A DNA stretch of 64,000 nt from an uncultured Actinomycetes bacterium. Lineage in GTDB: Bacteria; Actinomycetota; Acidimicrobiia; IMCC26256; PALSA-610. Of the stretch, positions 20,421-32,847 are shown in pieces (the stretch's first letter is position 1; every line of letters begins with the position of its first letter). The notes beneath the pieces were generated by a model. It had not been told where the DNA came from. It ran no database searches and saw only the letters and a program-made list of their open reading frames with translations. The position numbers were made by a program, and so were the translations under genes. The stretch covers positions 133,262 through 197,261 of the forward strand of contig CAWAGX010000015.1 in NCBI GenBank assembly GCA_963781425.1, in the 5' to 3' direction.

Positions 20421-21410
20421 CAGGCGACCGCGACACCTTCGAATCGCCGCCGCGCGCACGCCTCGTTGCGCAAGCTCGGCGAGGAAGGGCACCGGCGTGA
20501 CCAACGAGGCAAGCCCGTGCACGCCCGGCTGGGTCAGGCCCGGCAGGAGCGCGCCGCCGAGCCGGGCGGCCGTCACTCCCAGGACCGTGCCCGCGGCTAC
20601 CGCGGTGCGTTCGACGACGCCGTAGACGACGCAATCGAGCGTGCCGTCGCGGCGTCCCCACACGTCGACGCGGGCGGCGCCCCACTCGCCCTCGTCACCG
20701 AACCGGCGTCGGAACCGCGCTCGCTTGGGCGGCTCGCCGATCTGCACGCTGAGACGCGGCACCGAGCCGAAGGCGTCGACGAGCAGCACGGTGCTCCCGG
20801 TGACCGTCCGGCAATCGCGGCCACCGATCGGCTCGGGGAACCACACGAGGTTGTCGCCGTGAGGATGCTCTTCGCGCCACGAGCCGTCGTGCCAGGTGTG
20901 TACGAGCACGCGACGCTCGTGACGGACGGTGTCAACGCACGCGGGTCCGCCCCAACCGGTACGCGCGACCCTGATCTCGTCGACCTTCTCGAACATCGTC
21001 GCGGCGTGAGCCGCCAACACGTCGGCGAGACCCGGCGCGAGACCGCAGCCGACCGCGATCGTGACCTCGGCACTCTTGGCGTTCGGCGAGAGCGCGCGCA
21101 GCTGTTCGATCGCGTCGTGCTCGTCGTCACTCGATGCAACCGGTACCCCGGCTGCGATCGCGGCCGTCACAACGGTGTGATCGACGCCTCCGGGCAGCGC
21201 CGTCGCGACGACATTGACGTCGGAAGGAATGGGATCGCCCGGCGCGAAATCGATCGCACCGGCGTCGGGCCCGAGTGCGTCTGCGACTTCGGCGAGTTGG
21301 GCGTCATCACGATCGGCGAGCAACAGCCGCTCGATGCCAGGCGTATCGATGAGTTGACGCGCGGCGCGCGTGCCAACTGCGCCCAGTCCGACGACGAGTG
21401 CGGTCGTCAT
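20420..21410 (-). CDS. NAD(P)-binding oxidoreductase, saccharopine dehydrogenase-like; probable frameshift in the last codons
   Basis: VVGLGAVG Rossmann motif, GCGLAPGL, FPEPIG; corrected end FEGVAVA-TGA at 20420. Confidence 0.7.
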
Positions 21411-21547
21411 CAGCGGAAGTCGGGACCCTCGAGCTCGCGCCAACCCCCGCTCGTCGAGGGGACACCACCCTTGCCGCGCAGCTTCGCAAACGCGCCGATG
21501 ATGCCGGCGACGCCGAGCACGACCAGCAGCCGCCGAAAGGCCTTCAC
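21410..21547 (-). CDS. 45-aa single-TM peptide
   Basis: MKAFRRLLVVLGVAGIIGAFAKLRGKGGVPSTSGGWRELEGPDFR; TGATG overlap with the next gene. Confidence 0.6.
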   Translation of the reverse strand: MKAFRRLLVVLGVAGIIGAFAKLRGKGGVPSTSGGWRELEGPDFR

Positions 21548-21607
21548 GTGCCGGAGTGTATCGAGCAGCCATTGTGGCGGCCCGCGCCGACGCATAGCGT
21601 GCGGGAG

Positions 21608-22210
21608 GTGGCGACGTGGGGCCGCCAGGTGATTTTCATCTCGATGTTGGGCTTCGCCGCGTGCAGCAGCGCCGGCACCCCGAAGGCAACCAGGCCTCCC
21701 CCCGCGCCGCGAACGACCGTCGCGCTCCCCACGACCACCACGACGACCACGATCCCGCTGTACAGCTTCGACGACTCGGTCCCACCCCCGAAGCTCGTCG
21801 ACACCGGCACCAACTACAAGAAGATCCTCCAGTCACTGCTCGACTACGGAAACTGGCTCGCTTCGCACCGACCCGATGCCGCCTTGATTGCCAATGTCGC
21901 AGCGCCCGCTTCGTCACTCGAAGGGGCGTTCCGACATGACCTCACCATCCTGCGGAACACGAAGCAGCGCCTCTTCGAGGTCCGCGACGGCAAGAACGAG
22001 ATCGTTCTCACCGCGCGACAGCGTTCTGTCTTCACTGCCCGAGTGCGCGAGCACATCGTCACGCACCGGGTCATCGACGGGTCTGGTCACGTGACCAGCG
22101 AGCGCCGTCCGAAGTCGCGAACGACGACCTACAGGTACGTCGTGGTCCGCACCGTCGCCGGCTGGCGACTTGCGGAGGGTTCCGAGCTTGATGAGAACGT
22201 GAGCCTATGA
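21608..22210 (+). CDS. Hypothetical lipoprotein
   Basis: Lipobox-like FAA-C, Pro/Thr linker, NTF2-like C-terminus ending AGWRLAE. Confidence 0.65.
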   Translation: MATWGRQVIFISMLGFAACSSAGTPKATRPPPAPRTTVALPTTTTTTTIPLYSFDDSVPPPKLVDTGTNYKKILQSLLDYGNWLASHRPDAALIANVAAPASSLEGAFRHDLTILRNTKQRLFEVRDGKNEIVLTARQRSVFTARVREHIVTHRVIDGSGHVTSERRPKSRTTTYRYVVVRTVAGWRLAEGSELDENVSL

Positions 22211-22989
22211 AACGCCTGCTTGTGCTCACGTCCGCTTTGGTCTGCCTCGTTGGTGGAGTCGCTCACGCCGACGACGTCCTCGGCGACGGTTCGTTGGGCA
22301 ATCGCGGGAAGCTCGTTGTCGGCGTCGTCTATGCAGGGCCGGGTTCGAGCAATGCCGGTGCGACGCCGCTCGTTGCGTATGTCTCGTATCGAGTCGTTCC
22401 CGAACGGGCGGCGATCGGGAGCCTGGCCGGCTGGTGCGCGGTGGCCGGAAGCCCGCTCGGCGGCACGGAATATCACGTCATCGGCACCGCTGCGAACGGC
22501 GCCGTCGTGGCGGACTCGCGCGTCTGCGTGCCGATCCAGACTGCCGGCGTCGCGCCCGCCATCGTGCTGCCACAACCGCCGACCGTCCTGGAGACGTGGC
22601 GCGCCGCACGCCTGCCCGCGCCCGACATTCGCACCGATCCCGCGACGCGAGGCATCACGGGGCTCGACACGCGAATCTGGACCACGGGACCGGACACGAA
22701 GAGCATCGACGCCGCCATTCGCGGCTATCGCATCGTGGGTACCGCCACGCTCGACCACTACACGATCAGCGTCGACGGCGGCGCTGCCCGGGATGCCGGC
22801 AGCGGCCACTACACGTTCGAGACGAAGGGCACGCACACCATCGTCATCGGCGCGGTGTGGCACGGCACCGCGACCCTCACCGGTCCCGGACTCGCGGTGC
22901 CGGTGGTCCTGCCCGACATCGGCACCGCGACACTCACCACCACGCGGACGTATCCCGTCAACGAGATCCGCGCCGTGCTGCAACCCTGA
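22207..22989 (+). CDS. Secreted protein with PKD-like C-terminal domain
   Basis: Signal peptide AHA/DD; GITGLDTRIW, HYTFETKGTHTI, YPVNEIRAVL; ATGA overlap with the lipoprotein gene. Confidence 0.7.
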   Translation: MKRLLVLTSALVCLVGGVAHADDVLGDGSLGNRGKLVVGVVYAGPGSSNAGATPLVAYVSYRVVPERAAIGSLAGWCAVAGSPLGGTEYHVIGTAANGAVVADSRVCVPIQTAGVAPAIVLPQPPTVLETWRAARLPAPDIRTDPATRGITGLDTRIWTTGPDTKSIDAAIRGYRIVGTATLDHYTISVDGGAARDAGSGHYTFETKGTHTIVIGAVWHGTATLTGPGLAVPVVLPDIGTATLTTTRTYPVNEIRAVLQP

Positions 22990-23108
22990 CGGTCGCCAAT
23001 CACCCCTGGGCGTCGGCGGCCACGCAGCCGCTTCGTTGCCGTGCCCGTCGCTTGCTCGTTAGGGTCAGCCGGCCGGACTCATGGGTTCGCAACGACTGGG
23101 GGGACGTC

Positions 23109-25901
23109 GTGCACCACGCGAGGTTTCGTGTCTTGTTCGTGGGAGTTGCTGTCGCAATCGCCACCACCGGGCTCGCGCCGCAGGTTGCGAACGCACGTCC
23201 CAAGCACGAGAGCGCGGTCATCCTGTTCAGCGGCGAGGGCAACAACCTCAACGCGTACGACGCCGATGCGCCATTCGTGAAGCAAAACGTGATCCCCTCG
23301 CACTCGCGCGATCCGCACAGCCTCGACATCAACGCGCAGATCTGCTTCTTCCCGGACGGCTCGCGCCGCTTCATCGCGGGCGAGGACACCGGCCAACCGA
23401 ACCCACCGCCGGGATGGGGCATCTTCAAGCTCCACGGCAACGAGGTCGGCAAGCTCCGCGCAACGGAGGTCGCCAAGCTCTCACCGACCTACTCGGGTGA
23501 CGACCCCAAGGTCGGCGAGAACTTCGGGTGCGGTTTTCTGTCTGACGGCCGCGTCGTGACCACCGACGTCGGCAACCAGGCGGGCGGTCCCGCCACGGGT
23601 CAGCTCATCGTGTGGTTCCCGCCGTTCAACACCGGCATCGGCGGTGTCGGTCAGATCCACTACTGCAAGATCGACGTCGCCATCGCGACCGCGACGCAGA
23701 TCTACGTCGACCGGCAACAACGCGTCTACGTGGCGTCGAACCGCGAGCCCACCGCGGGCGTGCTCCGCTACTCGGGCCCGTTCCCCACCTCGGACACGGC
23801 TGCCGGCGGCTGTGGCAAGCGCGATGCGACGGGCGCGCCACTCGCGACGACCGTCCATCGCGAACGGTTCATCACGGGAAGTGGGTTCGCGGGCGCGAGC
23901 GGCATCGTCCCATCGCCGTCGGGCGGCTTCTACGTCTCCACCGTCCTGCTCGGCCGCATCGACGAGTACGACGCGAACGGTCACCTCGTGCGTCCGATCA
24001 TGGTGCCGGAGCCCGGCGAGGGGCCCGGTACGTACACGAAGGGCACGCCGCTGGGCATGGCGATCGACTCGCGCGGCACGCTCTACTACGCGGATATCGA
24101 CCTTGCGATCGGCTCGAGCATCGGCCCCGGACCCGACGGCAAGGTGCGTCGCATCCGGTTCGTCAACGGCCAGCCGCAGGCGCCCGAGATCATGGACCGC
24201 GGTCTCGCGTTCCCCGATGCGATGGGGGTGCTCGAAGGACCGAACCTGCGCCGACCGATCGACCGGCGGGGTCTCGGCGAGTCCCGCGGCTTCGCGTACG
24301 GGCCCGCTCGTCAGTTCTTCAACGCGCAGGAGAAGTATCTCAACAAGGGCTCGGTCTCGACGCTCAGGGAGAAGTGGCGGTTCCACACCGACGCGATCAT
24401 TACCGCAACGCCCGCCGTCGCGCGCGTCAAACTGCGGCATGAGGGTCGCACGCGCCTCGTGTTCTTCAACGCGTGGGACGGCCACATCTATGCGGCGCGC
24501 TTCGACGACGGCACGGAGGTGTGGCGGTTCCGCTGGGACGAACAGCCCGGCGCGAACTTCCCCGGTGCGTCGTCGCCTACCGTTGTCAAAGTCAGGAACC
24601 GTCAGCTCGTGATCGTCGGCGCCGGCGAGACGGTGTACGCCCTCGACGCGCGCAACGGCCGTGAGATATGGCGGTTTGCTGCCGGCACCGGCTGCGTCGA
24701 CCTGCACGGCCTTCCTCCGGGCCGGTGCTCTTTCACCGACGAACGCAACGAAGTCGAGTCGTCGCCGATCGTCGCGAACGGCAAGGTCTACTTCGGCATG
24801 GACGTCAACGAGTCGGTGACCGGCAAGGGCGGCCTCTACGCCATCAACGTGGCCAACGGCTCGCTCGAGTGGTACTTCGACACGACGACCGCTTCGACCT
24901 GCCGGGCAGGGAAACACGACCGCATCCACAGGTACGACGGCTTCCATTCGGCCGCCGAGCTCGGACTGCCCAGGAATTTCTTCGCGACCCGGCGCGGTTG
25001 CGGTGGCGACCGGACACCGAATGGATGCGGCGGCATCTGGTCGTCGGCCGCCATTGACCGCACTCGCCACGCGTTGTTCACCGCGTCGACGAACTGCGAC
25101 ACGAGCACCGATCCGACCAGCCCGCGTCCGCGACCGCCGATGCCGAAGTTCGCGGAGTCGCTGTTCAGCCTCGACTTCGACGGGCACCCGCGGTGGACCT
25201 GGCGTCCCCGTGAGGTCGACAACGACGACCTCGCGTTCGGTGGCGTCCCGAACCTGTTCTCGATCTCCGTTGACGGCGTGCAACGCGATGTCGTGGGCGT
25301 CGGCAACAAGGACGGCACGTACTACGTCGTCGATCGCGACGGTGTGAACGCGCGCAACGGTGTGCGCTGGAACGACGCGAATCCCTCCGCATTGCCCTAC
25401 TGGACACGCAATGTCGTGCCCGGAGGCTTCGCGGACGGAATCCAGGCGACCGCGGCGGTCGACGAGGGGGCGCGGCGCGTCTACTTCGCGACCGCCGGCG
25501 GACGGGACCCCGGGAACCCGCAACGACCGACGGTGCACACGCTGAATCTCGATACCGGCGCGGTAGTGTGGCAGAACACCGGCGCGACCGGGCTTGAAGG
25601 CGATGCGAGCTTCGGCTCGACGAGCGCGGTCAACGGCCTCGTGATCGTGGGCTCGGCGCTCGTGCCGCAGGTGCGCATCTACGACAACAAGACCGGCAAG
25701 TTGCTGTTCCGGCGAACCGTCGGCGACCGCACCACACTCGGCGGGATCGCGTCGGGCGCGGTCGTCGTCGAGGGCACGCTCCTCGTCGGCGGTGGGGTAG
25801 GTGTCCGCGGGCCGAACCCGGACAGCATCTCGAACATCGCGAGCAACTCCGATGCGAGCCTCGTCGCGGCTCTGTGTGCCGGGCGGACCGACATGTCCTG
25901 A
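23109..25901 (+). CDS. Large secreted double beta-propeller protein (NHL/SMP-30-like + PQQ-binding-like repeats)
   Basis: Signal peptide ANA/R; PLGMAIDSRGTLYYAD, GLAFPDAMG; repeated YALD..G.E.W motifs, GGIWSSAAID, DLAFGGVPNL, GNKDG. Confidence 0.8.
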   Translation: MHHARFRVLFVGVAVAIATTGLAPQVANARPKHESAVILFSGEGNNLNAYDADAPFVKQNVIPSHSRDPHSLDINAQICFFPDGSRRFIAGEDTGQPNPPPGWGIFKLHGNEVGKLRATEVAKLSPTYSGDDPKVGENFGCGFLSDGRVVTTDVGNQAGGPATGQLIVWFPPFNTGIGGVGQIHYCKIDVAIATATQIYVDRQQRVYVASNREPTAGVLRYSGPFPTSDTAAGGCGKRDATGAPLATTVHRERFITGSGFAGASGIVPSPSGGFYVSTVLLGRIDEYDANGHLVRPIMVPEPGEGPGTYTKGTPLGMAIDSRGTLYYADIDLAIGSSIGPGPDGKVRRIRFVNGQPQAPEIMDRGLAFPDAMGVLEGPNLRRPIDRRGLGESRGFAYGPARQFFNAQEKYLNKGSVSTLREKWRFHTDAIITATPAVARVKLRHEGRTRLVFFNAWDGHIYAARFDDGTEVWRFRWDEQPGANFPGASSPTVVKVRNRQLVIVGAGETVYALDARNGREIWRFAAGTGCVDLHGLPPGRCSFTDERNEVESSPIVANGKVYFGMDVNESVTGKGGLYAINVANGSLEWYFDTTTASTCRAGKHDRIHRYDGFHSAAELGLPRNFFATRRGCGGDRTPNGCGGIWSSAAIDRTRHALFTASTNCDTSTDPTSPRPRPPMPKFAESLFSLDFDGHPRWTWRPREVDNDDLAFGGVPNLFSISVDGVQRDVVGVGNKDGTYYVVDRDGVNARNGVRWNDANPSALPYWTRNVVPGGFADGIQATAAVDEGARRVYFATAGGRDPGNPQRPTVHTLNLDTGAVVWQNTGATGLEGDASFGSTSAVNGLVIVGSALVPQVRIYDNKTGKLLFRRTVGDRTTLGGIASGAVVVEGTLLVGGGVGVRGPNPDSISNIASNSDASLVAALCAGRTDMS

Positions 25902-25931
25902 GCCATAACCGAGAAGCGAAACGTAGGCGAG

Positions 25932-26204
25932 CTATTTGCTCAGCTGCTCGTAGAGCGACCGGGCAATGTGGAAGTCTTCAAGATCGTACATTTCGAGCGA
26001 GAGCGGCTGCGTGCCATCGTGCGCCCTCATCGATTGGATCGTGTGGCCGTCGAACGTGGTCAAGGCAATGTGCTGCGTTTCGAGCTCACCACCGTCGACC
26101 ATGCCGTGGAACGTCACGACGAATATCGCAGCGGTTGGCGACAACCGTGGGATATCGAGCGCCACGGGCGCCGGCGCGGTTCGGTCCTCCCGCAGCTCGC
26201 GCAC
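25932..26204 (-). CDS. Hypothetical protein or gene remnant (NTF2-like fragment)
   Basis: 90-aa ORF with natural-looking composition (EMYDLEDFHIARSLYEQL); no clear RBS. Confidence 0.3.
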   Translation of the reverse strand: MRELREDRTAPAPVALDIPRLSPTAAIFVVTFHGMVDGGELETQHIALTTFDGHTIQSMRAHDGTQPLSLEMYDLEDFHIARSLYEQLSK

Positions 26205-26260
26205 TCCATAGGAACATGCAAATGCTAGACGGGCCGATGCAGGACGTCGCAGGCGAGAAG

Positions 26261-26334
26261 TGGGGCTAGCTGGAATCGAACCAGCGACCTCATCCTTATC
26301 AGGGATGCGCTCTAACCGGCTGAGCTATAGCCCC
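26261..26334 (-). tRNA. tRNA-Ile(GAU), CCA not encoded
   Basis: GGGGCTATAGCTCAGCCGGTTAGAGCGCATCCCTGATAAGGATGAGGTCGCTGGTTCGATTCCAGCTAGCCCCA. Confidence 0.97.
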
Positions 26335-26381
26335 CGGAACAGACGAGCGATGATAGCGGGCCTCAAACGGCGAAAGGCAAG

Positions 26382-26845
26382 CTACTTGTCGAGCTCTTCT
26401 TGTTCGACGACGGTGACTTCCACGCCGCCGAGCAGCTCGGAGAACAGGTTGTAGAACGCCGCTGCGAGCACCGTGAGCACCGTGAGAATGCAGACCACGA
26501 CCAAGCCGATGAGCGTCGAGGCGCGCAGCGCCTGCCACGAGAGAAGGCGGAAGTCCTTGTTGTCGACGAGCTCGCCGATGAACTTCTCGATGTTGCCGAT
26601 CGCACCCGCCGCCGACGCGATCCACCACAACATCATCCCCGCGACCAGCAACACGATCAGCGTCGCGAAGTAGAAGCAGATCGCCACCTTGAGCACCGAC
26701 CACAGGTCGACCGCGCGAATCGTCTGCACGTACCTGCGCTCGTACACCTGGCGCGGTGTCGTGACGCGGCGCCGGCGGTTCTTCCGGGCGCGCGGTGGTC
26801 GGGCGATGCCGGAACGCTCTCGAGCACCGCCTTGGCGCGCGCCAT
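26382..26845 (-). CDS. DUF3566 membrane protein; frameshift near 26770
   Basis: IRAVDLWSVLKV and FYNLFSELLGGVEVT motifs; canonical position after gyrA. Confidence 0.85.
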
Positions 26846-26848
26846 GGA

Positions 26849-29338
<2,490 letters not shown>

Positions 29339-29359
29339 TCCTACGTTCGCTCCTCGCGA

Positions 29360-31264
29360 TCAAATATCCAGGAAACGCACGTCCTTGGCGTTCTCCTGGA
29401 TGAAGCCGCGGCGCCGCTCGACATCGTCGCCCATCAGCGTGGAGAACATCTCGTCGGCGATCGCGGCGTCCTCGACCGACACCTGCAGCAGCGTGCGGCT
29501 CGCGGGGTCCATCGTGGTCTCCGCAAGCTGTTGCCAGTCCATCTCACCGAGGCCCTTGAAGCGGCTGATCTCGATCTTCCGGTCCGTGTGCTCGGCTTCG
29601 AATGCGGCAAGGGCCGCGTCGTCCTTCAGGTACGTCCGGTCGTCCTTGCCGAGCTTGGCGCCGTAGAGCGGCGGCTGCGCGATGTACACGTGGCCGGCGC
29701 GCACCACCTCGGGCAGCTGGCGGTAGAAGAACGTCAGCAGCAGCGTGCGGATGTGTGCACCGTCGACGTCGGCGTCGGCCAGCAGGATGACCTTGTGGTA
29801 GCGCAGCTTGGTCAGGTCGAACTCTTCACCGATGCCGGCGCCGACGGCGCTGATGAGCGCTTGGATCTCTTCGTTGCGCAGCATGCGATCGAGACGCGAC
29901 CGCTCGACGTTCAGGATCTTGCCGCGGATCGGCAGGATCGCCTGGAACTGCGGGTTGCGCGCCTTCTTCGCACTGCCACCGGCGCTGTCGCCTTCGACGA
30001 TGAAGAGTTCGGCTTCCTCCGGGTTCCGTGAGGAGCAGTCGGCGAGCTTGCCGGGCATGGACGCCGACTCGAGCAACGTCTTGCGTCGCGAGGCATTGCG
30101 TGCCTCCCGGGCGGCCATTCGGGCGCGAGCTGCCTGCAACGACTTGGTGACGATCGCCTTGCCTTCGCTCGGGTGCTCCTCGAGCCAGTCCTTCAGCTTC
30201 TCGTTCGTCACCCGCTCGAGAAACGACCGGATCTCGGTGTTGCCGAGCTTGGTCTTGGTCTGACCCTCGAACTGGGGGTTGCGGAGCTTCACGGACACGA
30301 TCGCGGTGAGCCCCTCGCGGATGTCCTCGCCGAGGAGGTTCTCGTCCTTCTCCTTGAGATGGCCCTTGTCGCGCGCGTAACGGTTCACGACGTTGGTGAG
30401 GGCCTTCTTGAAGCCCTCCTCGTGCATGCCGCCCTCGGTCGTGCCGATGTTGTTCGCGAACGAGTGGAGGCCTTCGTAGTAGCCGGTGTTCCACTGCAGC
30501 GCGATCTCGACCTCGCCGTTGTCGTACGCGTCGCTGATGTCGATGACGCGTGTGAACAACGGCTCCTTCGAGGCGTTGAGGTGTGCGACGAAGTCGACGA
30601 TGCCGCCCTCGTACCGGAACACCTGCTCGGTCGGCTCCTCGCCCCGTTCGTCGCGGAACACGATCTCGAGGCCCTTGTTCAGGAAGGCCATCTCCCGTAG
30701 CCGCTCCAACAGTGTCTGGGCGCGGAAATCGAGCTCTTCCATGATCGTCGGGTCCGGCCAGAACGTCACCGACGTCCCCGTCGAGACGGAATCCCCGACC
30801 CGCTGCAGTGGTGACTCCGGCTCGCCGCCGTCGAGGAACGTCTGCACGTAGCGGCCGCCGTCGCGCTGGATCTCGAGCTCGAGACGACGCGACAACGCGT
30901 TGACCACCGAGACGCCGACGCCGTGGAGGCCGCCGGAGATCTTGTAGCCCTCGCCGCCGAACTTCCCTCCTGCGTGCAGCATCGTGAGCACGATCTCGGC
31001 CGCGGATTTGTCCGGATACTCCGGGTGAGGATCGACGGGGATCCCGCGCCCGTCGTCGACGACGCGGACGCCGCCGTCGGCCAGCAACGTGACGTCGATA
31101 CGGGTCGCATAGCCCGCGAGCGCCTCGTCGACGGAGTTGTCGACGACCTCGTACACGAGGTGGTGGAGCCCCGAAGGGCCGGTGGAGCCGATGTACATAC
31201 CGGGGCGCTCGCGCACCGGTTGCAGGCCCTTCAGAATCGAGATGTCCTTGGCGCCGTACGCCAC
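29360..31264 (-). CDS. gyrB: DNA gyrase subunit B
   Basis: RPGMYIGST, EVVDNSVDE, LHAGGKF, EGDSAGG, DADVDG, RFKGLGEM. Confidence 0.98.
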   Translation of the reverse strand: MAYGAKDISILKGLQPVRERPGMYIGSTGPSGLHHLVYEVVDNSVDEALAGYATRIDVTLLADGGVRVVDDGRGIPVDPHPEYPDKSAAEIVLTMLHAGGKFGGEGYKISGGLHGVGVSVVNALSRRLELEIQRDGGRYVQTFLDGGEPESPLQRVGDSVSTGTSVTFWPDPTIMEELDFRAQTLLERLREMAFLNKGLEIVFRDERGEEPTEQVFRYEGGIVDFVAHLNASKEPLFTRVIDISDAYDNGEVEIALQWNTGYYEGLHSFANNIGTTEGGMHEEGFKKALTNVVNRYARDKGHLKEKDENLLGEDIREGLTAIVSVKLRNPQFEGQTKTKLGNTEIRSFLERVTNEKLKDWLEEHPSEGKAIVTKSLQAARARMAAREARNASRRKTLLESASMPGKLADCSSRNPEEAELFIVEGDSAGGSAKKARNPQFQAILPIRGKILNVERSRLDRMLRNEEIQALISAVGAGIGEEFDLTKLRYHKVILLADADVDGAHIRTLLLTFFYRQLPEVVRAGHVYIAQPPLYGAKLGKDDRTYLKDDAALAAFEAEHTDRKIEISRFKGLGEMDWQQLAETTMDPASRTLLQVSVEDAAIADEMFSTLMGDDVERRRGFIQENAKDVRFLDI

Positions 31265-31370
31265 GCGTGCGAGTCCTTTTGAGGCGTGCTGCAACACCCC
31301 GGTCCGGCACGCGAAATACCTGGTCAGCGGGGGTGTTTTCGGTAGCTGCAGTCTACCAGAAGAGGGGCCT

Positions 31371-31685
31371 TCAAACGGTTCTTCGGGGCGCCTTCACGAC
31401 GACTCTCACCTGGGTGAGAAAGCCATCTCCACAGCGCTCGTTCGCGTGCCGTTGGAGGTCGCCGACGAGGTATCGCACACGCGTCGCCCACGCCGGGCCG
31501 TCGACCTCGATCGTGCATTCCCCGTCCCGCACGGATCGCACGCGCGCGTGGTGCGCGACGTCGCCTCCGACGAGCTCGGCCCACACCGCGACGAGCACAT
31601 CGAGATCGTTCGTGTCGGGAAGACCGAGCTCCTTGCCGACGGCGGCGAGCGCGTCTCGCAACGGGACGGGATCTTCCCGCGTCAA
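31371..31685 (-). CDS. dciA: DUF721/DciA family protein
   Basis: WAELVGGDVAHHAR, GPAWATRVRY; position between recF and gyrB; probable TTG start. Confidence 0.8.
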   Translation of the reverse strand: MTREDPVPLRDALAAVGKELGLPDTNDLDVLVAVWAELVGGDVAHHARVRSVRDGECTIEVDGPAWATRVRYLVGDLQRHANERCGDGFLTQVRVVVKAPRRTV

Positions 31686-31692
31686 CGTGTCG

Positions 31693-32830
31693 CTACTTTC
31701 GACACGACCCTCGTGGATGCGCAAGCGGCGCTCGGCCACGACGTCGGGCGGCACCACGCCGGCGGTCGTCAACAGCGTTTGGCCGGCCGGAAGGTTGTGC
31801 ACGAGCGCAGTGGCGCGCTGCGGCGTCGAGCTCGCTGAACACGTCGTCGAGCAGCAGTACCGGCACCGCCCCGGTGAGCGCACCGACGACTTCGTGGCCG
31901 GCCAGCCGCAGTGCGAGCGCGAGCGTGCGTTGCTCACCCTGGGACGCTTGATGACGCGCGTCGAGGCCGCCGATCGTGAGGTGCCAGTCGTCCCGGTGCG
32001 GGCCCACGAGCGTCAGCCCGCGTTCGATCTCGGCGCTGTCGGCGGGCCGCGATCGCATCACGCAGGCCTGCCTCGACCGCGTCACTGTCCGCGGCATCCA
32101 AGGGTGCGTCCGACCATTCGGCCTCGTAAGTCGCGTGCACATCGCTGGTGCCCTCGGCCAGGACGCCGTACCCGTGGCCGATCGCAGGCAGGAGACGCTC
32201 CACCAGCCGGAGACGACCGCGTGTGAGCTCGGCGGCTGCGTGCACGAGCTGCTCGTCGAAGACGTCCAGTGTCGTGCGCGCCTCTTCGTCGCGAACACCG
32301 TTTCGCAAGAGCGCGTTGCGCTGTTTCAGCACCCGTTCGAAGTCACCACGCGTGGCGTCGTAGCGCGGCGACAACATCGTCAGCAGCTCGTCGAGGTACT
32401 CGCGCCGCTCGGCCGGCCCGCCCTTGACCAGCGCGAGGTCGTCCGGTGAGAACACCGTGACGCGGAACAGGCCGTGCAGGTCCCGGGCGCGCGCCACCGG
32501 CTGGCGATTGCAGAGGATCCGGTTCCGGCCCGCGACACGAATCTCGGCCTCGAACAACTGGTGCCGCTCTCCCGAACACACTTCGGCGCGTACGACCGCT
32601 TGCTCCGCGCTCGTGCGCACCAACAGCGCGTCGGCAACACCGCGAAAGGACCGGGTGCGCGCCACCCAGCCCACGGCCTCGAGCAGACTGCTCTTGCCCT
32701 GGCCGTTCGCGCCGTGGAGCACCGTGAGGCCCGGCGTCAGCTCCACGTCGACGGTCGAGAAGCAGCGGAAGTCGGTGAGCCACAGGTGCCCGACGCTCGT
32801 CGCCGGCAGGGATTCGGCGGCCGCGGGCAT
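31693..32830 (-). CDS. recF: DNA replication/repair protein RecF; frameshifts near 32035 and 31820
   Basis: GANGQGKSSLLEA, GGPAERR, GPHRDD, SQGEQR, LLLDDVFSELD. Confidence 0.93.
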
Positions 32831-32847
32831 CGCAACCAGGCCGGTGC

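Noticed and set aside
22434-23108. N-terminal 225 aa of the 1155-aa ORF
   Set aside because: Overlaps the real 22207..22989 gene in another frame; a signal peptide marks the true start near 23109
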